A stretch of 64,000 nt of DNA, from assembly GCA_902795135.1 (NCBI GenBank), contig CADBJW010000002.1, forward strand, positions 23,529 to 87,528, written 5' to 3'. The position numbers and the translations under genes were made by a program. Below are positions 15,356 through 25,486 of the stretch, one piece after another. Numbering within the stretch: the first letter of the stretch is position 1; every line of letters begins with the position of its first letter. Source of the stretch: an uncultured Eubacteriales bacterium (GTDB lineage: Bacteria; Bacillota; Clostridia; Peptostreptococcales; Anaerovoracaceae). The notes below the pieces were generated by a model. It was given only the letters and a program-made list of their open reading frames with translations, searched no databases and was not told where the DNA came from.

Positions 15356-16777
15356 TCATCCGCCATATTTCAACGTTCTGTCAGGGTCATAGTTGTTTTT
15401 TTGAATGATGCTCCGCACTTCTCCAATCAGGTACAAAGACCCGGTAAACAGTACCACATCGTAATCCTGCCAGATTTCAGCGGCCCGTTTTACACTGCCT
15501 GCTACCGTCTGGATCCGGTCGATGATGTGAACATCTTTTCCCCTTTCTTTTGCAACGGTTTCAATGTGCTCCGCTAATTCCTCCACGGACATGGCACGGC
15601 CTTCGTAACTCGGCTTGGTGACAATAAAATCCGTCGTCACATCCAGAAAATGTCCCACGACTTTTTCCGTTTCTTTCTTTTCGACCATTCCCATGACGAT
15701 GAGCGTCTTCCAATCCGGAAAATTCTCCCGCATTGTTCCGGCGATGGCTTCTGCGCCGGCATCGTTATGAGCGCCGTCAATGACAACGATCGGCATTTTC
15801 CCTTCCCGGATATATGGGGAATCCTCATCCTGCAAGGTCAGCCGTTCTCCGCTTGCTGCCAGGTCCCGGCCTCCAATCACTTCAAACCGTCCAGGCTGCA
15901 TTGCTTTTTCGAGACCTGCATAGAGCCTGCTTCGCTCGATTTTCAGTTCTCCCGCCTGACGGAGCACTTCGATGGTCGCCAGAGCCGTCTTCAGATTCTC
16001 AGCCTGGTGTTTTCCAACCATGGAGATGACCACTTCACTGTAATCCGTATACCAAAGCTGCATGCTGACCTGTTGCTGTATGGAGGAGTGCCAATCGATG
16101 CTGCATTTGATCTTGGAAACATCGTATAAACGGCTTCCCATTTCGTACGCCCGCTTTGCGATGACCGCAGCGGGGCCATGCTGACTGACGTTTGAAATGA
16201 CCGGGCAGCCTGCTTTGATGATTCCCGCCTTGTCGGTGGCAATCTCCTCAAGGGTATTTCCCAGTATGTGCATATGGTCAAACGACACGCTGGTAAATAC
16301 GCTGGCCAAAGGCTTCGTAATGACATTGGTCGCATCGCCAATACCACCCATTCCTGCCTCCAAAACAACCAGATCCGGTTCCTTATCCTTAAAGAACAGG
16401 AATGCGGTTGCCATGACGACTTCAAATTCTGTCGGGGACGTAAGTCCTTCGTCGGTCATTTCCGCGGCCTTTGCTAGGGCCTTGTTTCCGTAGATTTCCA
16501 ACTCTTCGTCGGTAATCATCTCGCCGTCAAATTGGATCCTCTCGTTAAATTTCTCGATGTAAGGAGAGGTGTACAGTCCTACTTTATAGCCGCATCCTGC
16601 CAGTCCCTGCTCGATGAATTTGGATACAGAACCTTTGCCGTTTGTCCCGGCAACATGTATGTACCGCATTCCCTCGTGAGGATTGCCCAGTCTGCGCAAA
16701 AGCTCATTGACTCTCTCCAAACCCAGAATGCTGCCAAACCGGTCGAATTCATGAAATTTATCTACTGCTGTGCTCAT
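15356..16777 (-). CDS. folC: Bifunctional folylpolyglutamate synthase / dihydrofolate synthase
   Basis: 473 aa. Mur-ligase P-loop HVAGTNGKGSV and FolC-type middle and C-terminal domains. Confidence 0.85.
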   Translation of the reverse strand: MSTAVDKFHEFDRFGSILGLERVNELLRRLGNPHEGMRYIHVAGTNGKGSVSKFIEQGLAGCGYKVGLYTSPYIEKFNERIQFDGEMITDEELEIYGNKALAKAAEMTDEGLTSPTEFEVVMATAFLFFKDKEPDLVVLEAGMGGIGDATNVITKPLASVFTSVSFDHMHILGNTLEEIATDKAGIIKAGCPVISNVSQHGPAAVIAKRAYEMGSRLYDVSKIKCSIDWHSSIQQQVSMQLWYTDYSEVVISMVGKHQAENLKTALATIEVLRQAGELKIERSRLYAGLEKAMQPGRFEVIGGRDLAASGERLTLQDEDSPYIREGKMPIVVIDGAHNDAGAEAIAGTMRENFPDWKTLIVMGMVEKKETEKVVGHFLDVTTDFIVTKPSYEGRAMSVEELAEHIETVAKERGKDVHIIDRIQTVAGSVKRAAEIWQDYDVVLFTGSLYLIGEVRSIIQKNNYDPDRTLKYGG

Positions 16778-16783
16778 TTTGTC

Positions 16784-19513
16784 TTACTTGATCTTCGCTT
16801 CTACGATTGCGAGTCGGTCGATTACTTTAGCTAACATTTCTTCGTATTTAACCTGCTTTGCACGTTCTTCTTCGACGAGTTTCGCAGGTGCCTTGCTGAC
16901 AAATCCTTCATTGGACAGTTTGCCAACAACGCGTTTTACTTCTCCTTCGAGACGTTTCTTTTCTTTCTGGAGTCTGTCCAGTTCTGCTTCATAGTCCATC
17001 AGATCGTCCATCGGGATATAGACTTCCGCGCCGTCAACGACTGCCGACATGGTTTCTTCCGGTACTTCCTTTTTATCACTGATAAATGTAATCTCTGTGA
17101 TATTTGCCAGTTTCTTGATGTAGCGTTCTCCAGCCTTTACGACAGCGTCTCTGCCTTCTGCGCAAAGAATCACGGCTGTCAGTTTCTTTCCTGGAGATGC
17201 TTCGGCTTCCGCCCGGATATTTCGGATGCTCTTGATAATGGACATGGCCATTTCCAGCTTTTCCGCTTCTGCAGGGAAGGTCAGAGCTTCCTGGTATTCC
17301 GGCCAGTTTGCCTTGATCAGGAAGTTCTCCGGATTTTCTTCACTGGCTTCCTTTTGCGGCAGGTAGCTCCAGATTTCCTCTGTGATAAACGGCATGAACG
17401 GATGCAGCAGTGTCAGCATATTCTTGAGAACTCTGACGAGAACGTATCTGGCGATCTGCTTATCCTCTTCATCATCACCGTAGAGTCTTTCTTTTACGAT
17501 TTCGATGTACCAGTCACAAAATTCATTCCAAATGAGATCGTAGGCTCTCTGTCCGGCAAGAGCCAGATCGTATCGTTCCATGGCCTCGGTTATGTATTTC
17601 GTTGCTTCATTGACCCGGCTGAAGATCCACTTATCTTCATCCCGAAGGTTTCCAGTAAGCGCGATGTCATCACAGCACGCACTGCCGCAGCAGTCGTCGC
17701 AGCATTTTGCAATCGGCAGGAATTCTCCATTGTCATCCTGCAGATTCATGATGACAAATCGGGACGCATTCCACAGTTTGTTTGCAAAGTTTCTGGATGC
17801 TTCCAGACGGTCTTCCTTGAATCGCATGTCGTTGCCCGGTGTGATACCAGTCGTCAACATAAACCGGAGAGCGTCCGCTCCATACTGATCGATGATTTCC
17901 AGCGGATCGATTCCGTTTCCAAGGCTTTTGCTCATCTTGCGGCCCTGTGCGTCACGCACCAGACCGTGAACGTAAACGTCGCTGAACGGAACGCTGCCCG
18001 TTGTTTCCAATGCAGAAAATACCATTCGTACGACCCAGAAGAATATGATGTCATATCCTGTCACGAGAACGGTCGTCGGGTAGAAATATTTAAAGTCTTC
18101 GGTTTCTTCCGGCCAGCCAAGGGTCGAGAACGGCCATAAAGCTGAGGAGAACCAGGTGTCGAGTACGTCTTCATCCTGTTTCAAATTGGTGCTGCCGCAC
18201 TTGGTGCACTTGTGCGGAGTCTCTTCCGAAACGATGATTTCACCACAGTCCTGGCAGTACCAGGCCGGAATTCTGTGTCCCCACCAAAGCTGTCTGGAGA
18301 TACACCAATCGCGAATTTCCTCAAGCCAGTGCATGTATATCTTTTCAAATCTTTCAGGAACGTGTCTCAGGTCGCCCTTTCTGGCGGCTTCCATGGCTGG
18401 CTTTGCCAGATCTTCCATCTTGACAAACCACTGATCGCTGAGCATTGGTTCTACAACCGTATGGCAGCGGTAGCAGGTTCCTGCCGGAATGACCATTTCT
18501 TCGGTTTTTACAAGGTATCCGGCTTCATCCAGATCCTTGACCCATGCCTTACGGCACTCATACCGGTCCATTCCCTGATATTTGCCGGCCAGTTCGTTCA
18601 TGGTCGCATCTTCGTTGATGCAGCAAAGGCTCGGCAAATTATTTCTTTGTCCTACCATAAAGTCATTTTCATCGTGGGCCGGTGTGATCTTTACGGCACC
18701 GGTTCCCTTTTCAGGATCCGGATATGGGTCTGCGATAATCGGAATCTCTTTTCCAACCAGCGGCAGGATCACTTTCGTTCCAACCATATCTTTGTATCGT
18801 TCGTCACTTGGATGTACGGCGATGGCCACATCACCAAACATAGTTTCCGGTCTGGACGTTGCGACCACAACACCTTCACCGCCATCGACAGCCGGATACC
18901 GGAAATACCAGTAGGATCCCATCTTGTCTTCGTGCTCGACTTCTGCGTCACTTAAGGATGTCCCACATTCCGGACACCAGTTGATCAACCGGTTTCCTCT
19001 GTAAATCAGGCCTTTGTTATACAACTGAACGAAGAAGTGTCTGACGGCTTTATTGCAGCCTTCGTCCATGGTGAAGCGCTCACGCTCCCAGTCGCAGGAA
19101 TCGCCGAGCTTACGGCACTGCTTTGTGATTTTACCGCCGTATATGCGCTTCCACTCCCAGGCGCGCCTCAGGAATTCTTCGCGTCCCAGATCTTCTTTTT
19201 CGAGTCCTTCGTCCTCCCGGATCTTTTCAACGACTTTTACCTCCGTAGCAATGGACGCATGGTCACTTCCAGGCAGCCACAATGCGCTGTATCCCTGCAG
19301 TCTCTTAAATCTGGTCAGAACATCCTGCAGGGTCTGATCCAATGCGTGTCCCATATGCAGCTGGCCGGTAATATTCGGCGGCGGCATCACAATACAAAAT
19401 GATTTCTTGTCGGGATCTCTGTCCGCACGGAATGCGCCTTTGCTTTCCCATTCTTCGTAGATTCTATCTTCAAAACTCTTTGGGTCATACGTCTTCGTCA
19501 GATTTCTTTTCAT
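16784..19513 (-). CDS. valS: Valine--tRNA ligase
   Basis: 909 aa. HIGH-type motif PPPNITGQLHMGHA, KMSKS, and a C-terminal coiled coil. Confidence 0.95.
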   Translation of the reverse strand: MKRNLTKTYDPKSFEDRIYEEWESKGAFRADRDPDKKSFCIVMPPPNITGQLHMGHALDQTLQDVLTRFKRLQGYSALWLPGSDHASIATEVKVVEKIREDEGLEKEDLGREEFLRRAWEWKRIYGGKITKQCRKLGDSCDWERERFTMDEGCNKAVRHFFVQLYNKGLIYRGNRLINWCPECGTSLSDAEVEHEDKMGSYWYFRYPAVDGGEGVVVATSRPETMFGDVAIAVHPSDERYKDMVGTKVILPLVGKEIPIIADPYPDPEKGTGAVKITPAHDENDFMVGQRNNLPSLCCINEDATMNELAGKYQGMDRYECRKAWVKDLDEAGYLVKTEEMVIPAGTCYRCHTVVEPMLSDQWFVKMEDLAKPAMEAARKGDLRHVPERFEKIYMHWLEEIRDWCISRQLWWGHRIPAWYCQDCGEIIVSEETPHKCTKCGSTNLKQDEDVLDTWFSSALWPFSTLGWPEETEDFKYFYPTTVLVTGYDIIFFWVVRMVFSALETTGSVPFSDVYVHGLVRDAQGRKMSKSLGNGIDPLEIIDQYGADALRFMLTTGITPGNDMRFKEDRLEASRNFANKLWNASRFVIMNLQDDNGEFLPIAKCCDDCCGSACCDDIALTGNLRDEDKWIFSRVNEATKYITEAMERYDLALAGQRAYDLIWNEFCDWYIEIVKERLYGDDEEDKQIARYVLVRVLKNMLTLLHPFMPFITEEIWSYLPQKEASEENPENFLIKANWPEYQEALTFPAEAEKLEMAMSIIKSIRNIRAEAEASPGKKLTAVILCAEGRDAVVKAGERYIKKLANITEITFISDKKEVPEETMSAVVDGAEVYIPMDDLMDYEAELDRLQKEKKRLEGEVKRVVGKLSNEGFVSKAPAKLVEEERAKQVKYEEMLAKVIDRLAIVEAKIK

Positions 19514-19515
19514 GG

Positions 19516-20262
19516 TTACTTCTCCTCTATCAAATATACTCTCAGACCACCGCGGCCCGTATCTCTCGTTCCTTTTGCTTCCGTCTCAGCTACGATGCTT
19601 CCCATAATGGCAAATCCTTTGTCGGCCGGTTCCGCACCGATTCCGATGATCGCTGCCAGACCGGACGGGGTTACCATCTCTGTGTCAACATCTTCCGCAG
19701 TTCTGAAGTCATAGCCTCTGCCGGGGCCTTTGCTTCCTGCGCATGCATCCATCATAGCCTTGACGGCCGGCACGGGTACGGGGATCCTGCCGTGGGCGCA
19801 GTCTACAAACCCAGTGCCATCGTAAATTGGCGATACAAGGATCCTGCCCGCGGACCTGCCCGGTTCCGGTGAAAAGCCCAGTTTGTCCAGTGCCGCTCCG
19901 ATTCCGGCAGCGTTTTGAATGGCTCTGTCCCGACCGACTTCATGGAAGTGTACCGTTTCCAAAGTCGCACCGTGCACCGAAGCCTCTGCCTTGGCTATGA
20001 CAGCATAGATATTCAGTGCAAAGTCTCTGGCGCCTTCTGTCAAACCGTGTTCTGCCATGTGGTGGATCACTGCTTTCACGTCTTCATAACTTCTGCCGTG
20101 GTGAGCGTGTTCGTGACCATGGTGGTCATGGTCGTGATGCTCATGGCTGTGCCCGCTGTGGACCTGAGGGATATGCAATTTTTCCCCAACGATATCGCTG
20201 AGTGCATCCAAAAGCATGTCTCCGCTGATACCATTGCTACAGTCAATATATAGTGTCTTCAT
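19516..20262 (-). CDS. LarC-family (DUF111) nickel-insertion protein, N-terminal (LarC1-like) portion only
   Basis: 249 aa from ATG 20262 (the ORF-track TTG is at 20319). Motifs: MKTLYIDCSNGISGDMLLDAL, His-rich HSGHSHEHHDHDHHGHEHAHHG, VHFHEVG, AHGRIPVPVPA, VTPSG. It ends where L. plantarum LarC1 ends, and valS follows 2 nt later. Confidence 0.7.
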   Translation of the reverse strand: MKTLYIDCSNGISGDMLLDALSDIVGEKLHIPQVHSGHSHEHHDHDHHGHEHAHHGRSYEDVKAVIHHMAEHGLTEGARDFALNIYAVIAKAEASVHGATLETVHFHEVGRDRAIQNAAGIGAALDKLGFSPEPGRSAGRILVSPIYDGTGFVDCAHGRIPVPVPAVKAMMDACAGSKGPGRGYDFRTAEDVDTEMVTPSGLAAIIGIGAEPADKGFAIMGSIVAETEAKGTRDTGRGGLRVYLIEEK

Positions 20263-20296
20263 ACAAAAAAACCTCTTATTATACTCATACATAGTG

Positions 20297-20305
20297 ATTA
20301 TAACA
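20297..20305 (-). promoter_or_regulatory. Candidate extended -10 promoter (TGTTATAAT) for the larC-like/valS/folC operon
   Basis: rc of 20297-20305 is TGTTATAAT, 35 nt upstream of ATG 20262. It lies just downstream of the aminotransferase terminator. Confidence 0.45.
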
Positions 20306-20335
20306 GATAGAGGGGTCAAAAGGTAGAATCTTATA

Positions 20336-20355
20336 CAATATTAACCAATATTAAC
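20336..20355 (-). repeat. Perfect tandem 10-bp direct repeat (GTTAATATTG x2 on the minus strand) upstream of the promoter; candidate regulator-binding site
   Basis: CAATATTAAC occurs at 20336-20345 and again at 20346-20355. Each unit contains the palindrome AATATT, and the units are one helical turn apart. Confidence 0.6.
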
Positions 20356-20367
20356 AGAGTTTAATGT

Positions 20368-20406
20368 AAAAAAACACACCGCACCGGAATCATCCGGTAC
20401 GGCGTG
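20368..20406 (-). terminator. Rho-independent terminator of the aminotransferase gene
   Basis: On the minus-strand RNA, CACGCCGUACCGGA-UGAU-UCCGGUGCGGUGUG forms a 14-bp stem including G-U pairs. Seven U residues follow. Confidence 0.85.
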
Positions 20407-20441
20407 AATTGATACAAAATCGGTTGTCGTAAATCTATATC

Positions 20442-21797
20442 TTATTTTACTGCTTCTGCCAGTGCTGCTTCGAAGATTTCGAGACCAGCCTGCAGCTGTT
20501 CGTCCGTTGCAACCAGTGGGCAAAGGATTCTGATTACGTTGTTGTAAGTACCAGCTGCTTCGAGCATCAGGCCCTTGTTCATAGCGTTCTGAACGATTGC
20601 GCTTACGAGAGCTGCATCCGGTTCCTTTGTTTCAGGATCCTTAACGAATTCGATACCCATCATTGCGCCAGTTCCTCTAACATCACCGATGCAAGGGTAC
20701 TTCTTCTGCATTTCTTTGAAGCCGTTACCCAGAACTTCAGCAATGTGCAGAGCCTTTGCAGGGAAGTTATCTCTTTCCATAACTTCGATAACCTTCAGTG
20801 CTGATACAGCTGCCAGAGCGTTAGCACCGTAAGTACCGCCGATTGTTCCAGGGTGTACACCTTCCATAACTTCGTCTCTTGCAACGATAGCGGAAAGTGG
20901 AATACCACCAGCGATTGACTTAGCTGTAGTCATGATATCAGGAGCACATCCAGCTTCTTTGTAGTATTCGGAAGCGAACATCTTACCGGATCTTGCCCAG
21001 CCGCACTGTACTTCGTCACATACCATCATGATGCCGTGTTCGTCACAGATCTTTCTAACAGCCTTAACCCATTCCAGTGGAGCAGGGATGAATCCGCCTT
21101 CGCCCTGTACAGGCTCGAACAGGATTGCTGCACATGAATCATATGGAGTTGCTTCGATGAATACGTCTTCCAGTTTGCCAATGTAGTACTGGATAGCTTC
21201 TTCTTCAGTCATGTGACCCGGAGCTCTGTAGAGGTTCGGGAATTCAGCTCTGTAAATACCATCAGGGAAAGGACCCATGCCTACTGCATATGACTTCTTA
21301 GCTGTCATCGTCATAGTCAGGGAAGTTCTTCCGTGGAATGCACCTGTGAATACGATGATGTTAGGTCTGCCAGTGTAGTTTCTAGCTACCTTTACAGCAT
21401 TTTCATCAGCTTCTGAACCGGAGCATACGAAGAATGCTTTCTTGTGGTCACCCTTTACAGGAGCGATTCTTGAGAATTCTTCAGCCAGCTTTACATATGG
21501 TTCATGAGTTGTGATGTTGAACATTGAGTGGAAGTACTTGTCAGCCTGTTCTTTAACAGCTGCAATCAGCTCAGGATGTGAGTATCCAATGTTAAGTACA
21601 CCAACGCCTGCGATCCAGTCGAGGAAGATGTTTCCATCAACGTCTTCGAACATTGCGCCTTCGCCTCTTTCGATAACTGCTTTATATGCAGTTCCGATTG
21701 CGGAAGGTACAGCTGCCTTTCTTCTTTCGATCAGGGCTGCAGCCTTAGGGCCCGGCAGTGGAGTGGTAATTTTTGGTAATGCTTCTCTTAATGCCAT
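20442..21797 (-). CDS. Class-III PLP aminotransferase (4-aminobutyrate / beta-alanine / omega-amino acid transaminase type)
   Basis: 451 aa. GabT-like length and motifs: FLDWIAGVGVLNIGYSHP, DEVQCGWARSGKMFA, TTAKSIAGG with the PLP lysine. Confidence 0.85.
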   Translation of the reverse strand: MALREALPKITTPLPGPKAAALIERRKAAVPSAIGTAYKAVIERGEGAMFEDVDGNIFLDWIAGVGVLNIGYSHPELIAAVKEQADKYFHSMFNITTHEPYVKLAEEFSRIAPVKGDHKKAFFVCSGSEADENAVKVARNYTGRPNIIVFTGAFHGRTSLTMTMTAKKSYAVGMGPFPDGIYRAEFPNLYRAPGHMTEEEAIQYYIGKLEDVFIEATPYDSCAAILFEPVQGEGGFIPAPLEWVKAVRKICDEHGIMMVCDEVQCGWARSGKMFASEYYKEAGCAPDIMTTAKSIAGGIPLSAIVARDEVMEGVHPGTIGGTYGANALAAVSALKVIEVMERDNFPAKALHIAEVLGNGFKEMQKKYPCIGDVRGTGAMMGIEFVKDPETKEPDAALVSAIVQNAMNKGLMLEAAGTYNNVIRILCPLVATDEQLQAGLEIFEAALAEAVK

Positions 21798-21848
21798 AAT
21801 TTTTCCTCCTTGAAATTAATATGGTTTAATGAATAGACCTAGATTAGA

Positions 21849-23639
21849 TCAATTTATATCAAGCTCTGAAAGCTTTCTATACAATGTTGCTCTCGAAAGA
21901 CCAAGTTCTTTAGCGACAACGTCTTTCACCCCGTTATGCTGCTTGAGCTTTCGCGAAATGATCTCCTTCTCGTACAGTTTGACCTGCTCGGCAAGGGACT
22001 GGTCGAGATTCTTGAATTTCACAATTTCTTCTTCCTTCCGCAGAATCCTTGCCGGAACATCATCCATGGTGATCATGTTCCCAAACGCCATATTTGTACC
22101 ATACTCAACGGCGTTCTCAAGTTCTCTGACATTCCCCTTCCAATCGTGCTTCATGTAAAGATCTTCGACTTCTGGCGTAAATCCGACGATTTTACGATTC
22201 ATGTAGGCGTTGTACTTCTTCAGGAAATGATACATAAGCAGCCGGATATCATCACGCCGCTCCCTGAGAGGCGGTATGCTGAGCGGAATCACGCTGAGCC
22301 GGTAATAGAGGTCCTCACGGAATTTGCCCTCTTTGATCAGCTTTTCCAAATCCCGGTTCGTTGCGGCAATGACTCTGACATCAACGATGATTTCCCGATT
22401 GCCGCCAACTCGTTCAAACCGCATATTCTGCAGAACATGAAGTATTTTTACCTGCAGATGCAAAGGCATATCTCCGATTTCATCCAGGAAAATCGTCCCG
22501 CCGTCAGCCTGTTCGAATTTCCCTGCTTTTCCCAAGTCACTTGCTCCCGTAAAAGCTCCTTTTTCGTATCCAAAAAGTTCACTCTCCAGAAGGTTCTCCG
22601 GGATGGCACCGCAGTTCACCGTTACAAAAGGACCATCGGACCTCTTGCTGGCATAATGAATTGCCTTTGCGAACATTTCCTTGCCTGTTCCGCTTTCACC
22701 GGTGATCATAACGGTGGAATTTCCCTTTGCGATCATCAGGGCCTGCCTCTTGGCCGTCATGATTTTTTTGCTTGTTCCTATTATATCATCAACCGTGTTT
22801 TTTATGGTGCGGTTGCTAAAATTATATACGAGTTTTTGCGCCTCTTCGATATCCCGGAAGGAAACAACGATTCCCTGAACCTCATCTCCATTGGTATAAG
22901 GTTTCGCCGTCACGATGAAGTGGTGATGCTTGTCTTCGCCCTTGAAGATTTCTTCATTTTCTGTGTATCCTCTTCCGGTCTCAAGAACCTTGATGGCTGG
23001 GCTTCCAGGCATCAGACTGCTGATATGTCTTCCGATCAGATCACGTTTCGTTGTCCCAAAAAGAACCGCTGCTCTGTGGTTGCAGTGTTTCACGTAACCC
23101 TTCTGATCCAGCGCGAAGATTCCCTCGTGTGCGGTTTCCAGAACCGTTGACATTTCATCTCTGGATACTTCAACGTTTTCCAGAGCTTCCTGCTGTTCGG
23201 ACTTCGCAGCCAAAAGATCGGCCATTCGTTCGACAAACCCGATCATATTTCGATTCGTATCAGCCAGAATCTGCATCTGTTCATCGGTAAAGGCGACCAT
23301 TCCTATGATCCCAATGGACTTGCCTTTGCAGACGATGGGAGTGCAGATTTCCGCACGTTCGCCAAACAAAGTTCCACCGACGCCTTTCTCGTCATAATCT
23401 TTATCTGCAAAAGCATCGGAAACGTAATGGGTCACACCGGTACGCATTACCCGCGCATAGAGATAATTACTATCCAGATCGCCCCGTTCTTCCTTGTAGC
23501 CCAGGCGGTCCGTATAGACGCCCGTGCCGCCGATGATCGTCAGCTCTTCATCAACGATTTCCACTTCGACTTTCAGTGCGATTGCGATAGCTTCTGCTAC
23601 TTGCTGCACGCTTGTTTTGATACCTTGTAATTGAGACAT
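21849..23639 (-). CDS. Sigma-54-dependent transcriptional activator (GAF-like sensor + PAS + AAA+ + Fis-type HTH)
   Basis: GGAAGGAG RBS before ATG 23639. Walker A GESGTGKE, the sigma-54 contact loop GAFTGA, and a C-terminal [15 protein letters not shown]. Confidence 0.85.
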   Translation of the reverse strand: MSQLQGIKTSVQQVAEAIAIALKVEVEIVDEELTIIGGTGVYTDRLGYKEERGDLDSNYLYARVMRTGVTHYVSDAFADKDYDEKGVGGTLFGERAEICTPIVCKGKSIGIIGMVAFTDEQMQILADTNRNMIGFVERMADLLAAKSEQQEALENVEVSRDEMSTVLETAHEGIFALDQKGYVKHCNHRAAVLFGTTKRDLIGRHISSLMPGSPAIKVLETGRGYTENEEIFKGEDKHHHFIVTAKPYTNGDEVQGIVVSFRDIEEAQKLVYNFSNRTIKNTVDDIIGTSKKIMTAKRQALMIAKGNSTVMITGESGTGKEMFAKAIHYASKRSDGPFVTVNCGAIPENLLESELFGYEKGAFTGASDLGKAGKFEQADGGTIFLDEIGDMPLHLQVKILHVLQNMRFERVGGNREIIVDVRVIAATNRDLEKLIKEGKFREDLYYRLSVIPLSIPPLRERRDDIRLLMYHFLKKYNAYMNRKIVGFTPEVEDLYMKHDWKGNVRELENAVEYGTNMAFGNMITMDDVPARILRKEEEIVKFKNLDQSLAEQVKLYEKEIISRKLKQHNGVKDVVAKELGLSRATLYRKLSELDIN

Positions 23640-23731
23640 GGTTTCTCCTTCCAGTACCATTTTAACACAATCATGGGTACTCGGAGCGGATTTTTTCTCA
23701 ATTTCGATACATTTGTGCCACTTTTGATAAA

Positions 23732-25474
23732 CTATCTTGCTGACTTACTGTGCTTTTCTTTTTCTTTCTCTTCCCGAATCGCTTCCCTGTCTTCCTCGGT
23801 CAGCTGAATGCCTTCCTCTTCGTCTCGTTCTGAAATCGTAGCCCCCAGATTAATGGCAGACTTTTCCAGTTCGAGTATGATGTTGTTGATTTTCGCCAGC
23901 TTTTCAGGATCTGTATTCTGGTCGATGCTCAGGTTTGTATTGTAAATAATGTCCTCCAACCGTCTCCGAATGTTGAACAGATTGTCGCGGGCATCGTTGA
24001 CGGATCGTTCGTCGACCGCTTCCGCCATAGCTTCCTTCATGTCGACCACGGTTCCATCTGTGTTTTCGAGAACGTACTCGGAGTTTACATTGACCGGTAT
24101 CGTGTCGTAGCCGATCGTTTCCTTTACGGTCTTAGCAAAGTCCAGTTTTGCTTCCGGCTCGCCATGAACCAGGAATATCTGCTTCGGCGCCTTCTGGAAT
24201 CCTTTGAGCCATCCCAAAAGACCATCCCGATCCGCATGTCCGGAAAAGCCTTCCAGATTGTGGATCTTCGCATTGACCTGTATCTTTTCCCCAAACAGAG
24301 TTACTTCACTGGCGCCTTCGATCAGCGTACGGCCCAGGGTTCCCTCTGCCTGATATCCTACGAAAATGACGCTGTTTCTGGCATCCCACAGATTGTGTTT
24401 CAGATGATGCCGGATTCTACCTGCTTCGCACATGCCGCTGGCCGAAATAATGACCTTCGGCTCTTTGTCGATATTCAACCACTGTGACTCTTCCGTCGAC
24501 TGGGTGAACTTGAGATTTTCAAATTCGAGAGGATTGTCGCCTTTGCTGATATAATCCTTTGTGGCTTCATCGAATACCTGGGCATTTTTCTTGAACACCT
24601 CGGTGGCTGCGTTTGCCATCGGGCTGTCGATATATACTTTGACATCCTTCAGATCCTTTTGCCGAGGATCTTTCTCGTTGTCGTAAATTTTATTCAGTTC
24701 AAAAATCAGTTCCTGGGTTCTGCCCACAGCGAAGGACGGAATCACCACGTTTCCCCCTCGCTTGGTTGTCTCGCGTATAATGTTGATCAAATTGTTTACA
24801 TCCATCGCGTTTTCCGGATGCAAGCGGTTTCCGTAAGTGGTCTCCATGATGACATAATCGGCCTTCTTGATGATCGTCGGGTTGCGAAGGATTGGTCGTT
24901 CCATCACACCCAGGTCTCCCGAAAATACGATTTTGGATACGTTTTCGTTTTCCGTAACCCATAGTTCGATTTCTCCGGACCCGAGAATGTGCCCCGCATC
25001 ATTAAAGACGATGCGCATCTCATCATTCAATTCCACAAGCTGGTCGTACAAGACCGGTTTCACATATTTGAGTGACGCCTCCGCCTCAAGTTCCGTATAC
25101 AAAGGCTCTACCAGTGGTCTTCCCGCTCTTTCGTTTTTACGGTTTTTCCATTCGGCTTCCTGCTCGTGGATGTGGCCGCTGTCTTTCAGCATGATCTCCA
25201 AAAGATCCGCCGTAGCATCCGTACAGTAGATTTCACCTTTGAATCCCCGCTTCACAAGGAGGGGAATTCTGCCGCAGTGGTCGATGTGCGCATGGCTCAA
25301 AATCAAGTATTCGATTTCAGCAGGATCAAACGGAAATTCCTCGTAATTCAGTTCGTCCTGCGCTTTTCCACCCTGAAACTGTCCGCAATCCAACAATACT
25401 TTATGATTTGCTGTCGTTATAAGATGGCATGAGCCTGTTACACCCGTCGTAGCACCACAAAATTGGATTTTCAT
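23732..25474 (-). CDS. MBL-fold beta-CASP (CPSF/Ysh1-like) putative ribonuclease with an acidic coiled C-terminal extension
   Basis: 580 aa. HAHIDHCG metallo-beta-lactamase motif, a beta-CASP region, and GFSGHAD near the C-terminal end of the core. Confidence 0.75.
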   Translation of the reverse strand: MKIQFCGATTGVTGSCHLITTANHKVLLDCGQFQGGKAQDELNYEEFPFDPAEIEYLILSHAHIDHCGRIPLLVKRGFKGEIYCTDATADLLEIMLKDSGHIHEQEAEWKNRKNERAGRPLVEPLYTELEAEASLKYVKPVLYDQLVELNDEMRIVFNDAGHILGSGEIELWVTENENVSKIVFSGDLGVMERPILRNPTIIKKADYVIMETTYGNRLHPENAMDVNNLINIIRETTKRGGNVVIPSFAVGRTQELIFELNKIYDNEKDPRQKDLKDVKVYIDSPMANAATEVFKKNAQVFDEATKDYISKGDNPLEFENLKFTQSTEESQWLNIDKEPKVIISASGMCEAGRIRHHLKHNLWDARNSVIFVGYQAEGTLGRTLIEGASEVTLFGEKIQVNAKIHNLEGFSGHADRDGLLGWLKGFQKAPKQIFLVHGEPEAKLDFAKTVKETIGYDTIPVNVNSEYVLENTDGTVVDMKEAMAEAVDERSVNDARDNLFNIRRRLEDIIYNTNLSIDQNTDPEKLAKINNIILELEKSAINLGATISERDEEEGIQLTEEDREAIREEKEKEKHSKSAR

Positions 25475-25486
25475 GAATGTGTTCTC

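Noticed and set aside
23705-23720. Sigma-54 promoter TGGCAC-N5-TATCG upstream of the activator gene
   Set aside because: The -24 half is perfect, but the -12 GC dinucleotide is TC and the TTGC core is missing. I do not report it as a feature, and mention it only as a weak candidate in a finding.
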